Under the pieces are notes generated by a model. That model made no database searches, had not been told where the DNA came from, and saw nothing but the letters and a program-made list of their open reading frames with translations. Shown here one piece after another: positions 60,598 through 64,000 of a stretch of DNA of 64,000 nt (within the stretch, counting starts at the first letter, position 1; each line of letters opens with the position of its first letter). Source of the stretch: an uncultured delta proteobacterium (lineage in GTDB: Bacteria; Desulfobacterota; Desulfomonilia; Desulfomonilales; Desulfomonilaceae); NCBI GenBank assembly GCA_963789265.1, contig CAWBKB010000007.1, positions 192,001 to 256,000 of the forward strand. The letters are read 5' to 3'. The translations under genes were made by a program, and so were the position numbers.

Positions 60598-61938
60598 ATG
60601 CGGAAGCTAGTAACAAAAGCGATGAATGTCCTATTGGTTTTGGGCGCGGTATTTTCCATAGGCATGCTGTACTCGTTAATTAAGATGAGCGATCGATATC
60701 CCAGTGGGTGGCTAAATCTCTATTTGGCAATTGCAGCAGTTCTATTGTTAGCCTGTTTGGTGACTCTTGCATTACCTACCCGCGCAAAAGCGACCGTCGT
60801 GCTTTTAGGGGTGAGTGTAGCGGTAGGATGCTATTTGGCAGAGATAACTGTATTCATTTTATATTATTCCGATCTCGGAGCCGCGCTGAGAACAAGACTC
60901 CACTGGCAAAATCCTGCCCCAGAGGGAGTAGGAAAGCTCCGGGCGGTTGACGCTCTCCGAGCGTCGGGGCTAGAGGCGTACCCATCATTTCACCCTTGCC
61001 AGTGTCTAGGTTTCGGTGGTTTCGTCTACCAAGGGTCAACGCTGTTCCCACTTGCAGGGGTATCGAGAAAACCGACGGTTTTCTGCACAGGTAAGCACAC
61101 AGTTACTTATCAGAGCGATAGATACGGATTTAATAACCCAGATCGCGTGTGGGATCTGGAAAAGATCGACACCGTACTGATTGGGGATTCCTTCGCCCAG
61201 GGCTCATGTGTCGAAAGAGAAGAGAACGTTGCTGGACACCTTTCCCAAGAAGGATGCGACGATGTGATAAATTTGGGCCAGGCTGGATCAGGGCCCCTCC
61301 TCGAACTCGCTGTACTGATTGAATACGCTCAACATTTGAAGCCCCGGAATCTCGTGTGGTTCTATTTCGAAGGTGCTTATATGACCCGTTTGTTGCGAGA
61401 ACGTAAATCCCCGCTCCTCATGAGGTACCTTGAAGCTGATTTCAGCCAGAATCTTATCAAAAGGCAGGATGATATCGATCGCGTATTGATATCGTATATC
61501 GAAAAGGAAAAGGTCGGTGCCGAGATCTTTCCTGAACATCTGAAACAAGTTTTGACGTTGTTCCATCTGCGCAGAAGGTTTGTTTCGAGGCCTATCCCTA
61601 CCTATGGAGATGATTCGTATCAACTGCTGAAAGCAATCTTCACCAAAGGTAGAAAAAAGACGGATTCTTGGAACGGACGGCTGATTCTTGTCTACATCCC
61701 ATACTTCGAGAGGTACATTTCGAGAGATGTGGTAAAGGAAGCCGACAAGCAAAAGCAAAAGTGCCGTTCAATAGCTATCGACCTGGGGCTTGCATTTTGC
61801 GATGTGGACGAAGCACTGACTCGGCAGCGTCATCCTCTTGATTTCTTTGACAACAGAACCAGTATGCATTTCAATTCAAGGGGCTACAAATTGGTAGCCA
61901 ATTTGGTGAGGCAATGTGCAGGTCTTAATTGTAAATGA
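60598..61938 (+). CDS. Membrane-anchored SGNH/GDSL hydrolase-family protein (AlgJ/AlgX-like)
   Basis: Three N-terminal TM helices; DRYGFNN, IGDSFAQG, NLGQAGSGP, MHFNSRGY. Confidence 0.8.
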   Translation: MRKLVTKAMNVLLVLGAVFSIGMLYSLIKMSDRYPSGWLNLYLAIAAVLLLACLVTLALPTRAKATVVLLGVSVAVGCYLAEITVFILYYSDLGAALRTRLHWQNPAPEGVGKLRAVDALRASGLEAYPSFHPCQCLGFGGFVYQGSTLFPLAGVSRKPTVFCTGKHTVTYQSDRYGFNNPDRVWDLEKIDTVLIGDSFAQGSCVEREENVAGHLSQEGCDDVINLGQAGSGPLLELAVLIEYAQHLKPRNLVWFYFEGAYMTRLLRERKSPLLMRYLEADFSQNLIKRQDDIDRVLISYIEKEKVGAEIFPEHLKQVLTLFHLRRRFVSRPIPTYGDDSYQLLKAIFTKGRKKTDSWNGRLILVYIPYFERYISRDVVKEADKQKQKCRSIAIDLGLAFCDVDEALTRQRHPLDFFDNRTSMHFNSRGYKLVANLVRQCAGLNCK

Positions 61939-62027
61939 TGGCAGATGCGGAGACTGGGAAAGCCGGACAGATACTGCTATGATACAAAACTCATCGGGCA
62001 ACGCAGAAGAAATGCAGTATCTTTTCT

Positions 62028-62685
62028 GGCTCATCCGACAAGTGCGTACGTGGTCAGATGTATGGCGTAAATCTTGAGTGTAAAGAATACTGGGTCCCGA
62101 AAGCCATAGGCCTGTCGCTGGAGAGTCTTGATCTTATTGTTCGTACCTTCCAGGGGGCCAGTGGAGATCCGGTGATCGTAGTAGGCCAGAATCCCGGGTC
62201 GGTATGAGGCCAAGGTTTTGGCAAACTTCTTGAGCATTCCGATACCCGAGGTGTCTGCTCGACGAATCCAGTCCTCCGGCACGGCCTCGGCGGTAGCCTT
62301 GTCAGGTTGGTTCTAGATCTGCCGAAGGTCCTCCTTGAGGTAGTAGGCGCATGCGAGCGGCTGATTCAGACGGAGGGCTTCCTCCAGGCGTTGGCGCTCA
62401 TTTCGCTTGTCATCGAGGTTCTCCGGGTTCTTCAGAAGAAGCCACCGGATGCCTTTCAACACCTCTTTGTGCAGCAGATCGGTGATTTCCCGGTACAACT
62501 CCCGGCGCAAGTCCGTGATTTTTTCGTTGAAAAGTTTGACGACATGAAAGTCATCGGAAACCAGCACGGCTCGGGGAAGGTTGGTCGTAACCGCTTGGAT
62601 GTATGCTCTCGACATGTCGATCGCCACCGCTTCTATCCTTTTTCTGGCACTCTTGAGTCGTTTCCAGAAGGGTTCCAGGGCATCA
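62028..62685 (-). mobile_element. ISL3 family element, 3' fragment; transposase pseudogene with TAG at 62315
   Basis: IEAVAIDMSRAY, DFHVVK, RWLLLKN, AYYLKEDLRQI*, ISTGPLEGTNNKIK..RQAYGFRD; terminal IR GGCTCATCCGACAAGTGCGTA. Confidence 0.9.
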
Positions 62686-62737
62686 GCTAGGGTAGTTTGT
62701 ATCCGCTGAGAGGCTCGTCCAAAAAGAGGCAATTCGC

Positions 62738-64000
62738 GTGGAAAAGTGCGTCAAGGACCTGGAAAGGTCGATGACGGTGGCGGGAATATGTATAGCTTGC
62801 TGGGCCCTGTTTGCACTTTACACGGCGCTCGACACCAGAGGTTTCTCCCGCTTCCCGGAACGGCCCGGCTTGATAAACTACGGGATGCTGGCCGAGGCCT
62901 TTGCGTCAGGGCAGGTTTATCTTAAACAGAAGGTTGACCGGCAGCGACTCAACTCGCGCCGCCCATTAGACCCCACGACGCCTTGGCCGTTCATGTTCGA
63001 CGCCATAATCTGGAACGGCAGATATTACCTTCACCAGGAACCACTTCCAGGATTGATTCGTGCCGTGGTACTTTACACCACAGGTCTTGCACCGCCCACA
63101 GGGGCTGTTGTGGTAACGTTCACTTTCGGAGTATTGATCCTTCTTGGTGTGCTGCTTCGACTTATTCGGCGAATCTACTTTCCCGAATCACCAACTTGGA
63201 TGGCTTGGTACATCTGGCTCTCATTCGGCCTTTCCGGCATTCAACTCTTTGTTGCCAGTGGTCCTGTTGTGTACAATGAAGCGATAGCGGAAGGATGCTT
63301 TTTTGTTTTGGCGGGGTGCACGTTGCTGGTTCGCGGCTTAAGCGGCGCTCGTCACAGCCTGATGGCGGTGGCAGGGTTTGGAGCATGCTTCGGCGCGGCT
63401 ATTGCTTGCAGAGTTTTTCTGGTTTTGTATCCAATGTGTTTTTTGCCGATTTTTCTCGTCTTTTCGATCATCCGTAGGGAATCTGTCGGCATGATGACAA
63501 AGTGGGCCTTATCATTTGCCTGCCCTGTTTTCTTGTCAATTACGGGCCTGCTCACCTACAACTATCTTAGGTTTGGAAACTGTCTGGACTTCGGCAAGTC
63601 GCACATAATCTTTCCAGGATATTCGGGCTATCTATACATTACCATCGGTGGCCACTTTTTCAATTGGAGACACGTTCCACATCAGCTTTATTACTACCTT
63701 CTCTCGCTACCGCGGATAGTGAGAAAATTCCCTTACCTCCGCTATCCTGACGAGAGTCTGTGGACTAATGGTGTTTACATTTGCAGAGAGTTGGTCTGTT
63801 CGATATTCGTTACTATGCCTGTTTCTGTTGCTTTCGCTGCCTTCCCCGCTTGTTTTCAGACATCGCAATGCAGGTAATGACCTGACTTTAATTCTGGCAT
63901 TTTTTGGGGTGTCATCTCTGACAATCCTTGCAGCTTTGTCTTCTTATTACTATGCTTCAGCTCGCTATTATTACGATTTTGCTCCTATCCTCTTCGTTCT
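62738..64000 (+). CDS. Polytopic membrane protein, GT-C-like (frameshift near 63825; runs off window)
   Basis: NY..LAEAF.SGQ, FDAI.WNGRYYL, YNYLRFG..LDFG; many TM helices. Confidence 0.7.

Noticed and set aside
335..63830. About 13 frameshifted genes (efflux adaptor, iorA, kinase end, RACo, sigma54 activator end, immunity gene, protease, AMIN, ElyC, Wza, DUF2142, GT39, last gene) as pseudogenes or programmed frameshifts
   Set aside because: Those I traced are fixed by removing a single base, several beside short homopolymers, with no other decay or shared slippery motif. Sequencing indels are the simplest explanation; read polishing would decide.
1..64000. tRNA or rRNA genes
   Set aside because: No cloverleaf or rRNA signature seen by eye.

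Overview
Bacterial chromosomal window, probably from a Desulfomonile-like deltaproteobacterium (inference from protein families and style). About 13 otherwise intact genes are split by apparent single-base indels, which points to low-accuracy long-read sequence. Housekeeping content: a selenocysteine-containing selD with a SECIS-like hairpin, iorAB, an L,D-transpeptidase, a PfkB kinase, a fatty-acid degradation cluster, corA, a protease/inactive transglutaminase/ATP-grasp trio, and an envelope/glycan region rearranged by ISL3. Two loci stand out. (1) 36.4-41.0 kb: a lone phage-type major capsid gene (DUF5309/SU10-like) directly followed by a polymorphic toxin with a short unrecognised N-terminal leader and an EC869-type CdiA-CT nuclease, its CdiI, and an orphan Tox-GHH/immunity/DUF4272 cassette between direct repeats; this is a candidate capsid-associated toxin system. 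(2) 10.3-20.5 kb: a corrinoid protein, an MtaA-like protein and a RACo activator sandwiched between two histidine kinases, a response regulator and a sigma54 activator, with no substrate-specific methyltransferase; this is a candidate B12-based sensory system. Also present: an Eco29kI-family R-M pair, a defence-like accessory island, two TA systems with dead toxins, an intact IS with a 7-bp target duplication, and many REP/MITE elements, some nested. All family assignments are from motif recognition, not database searches.
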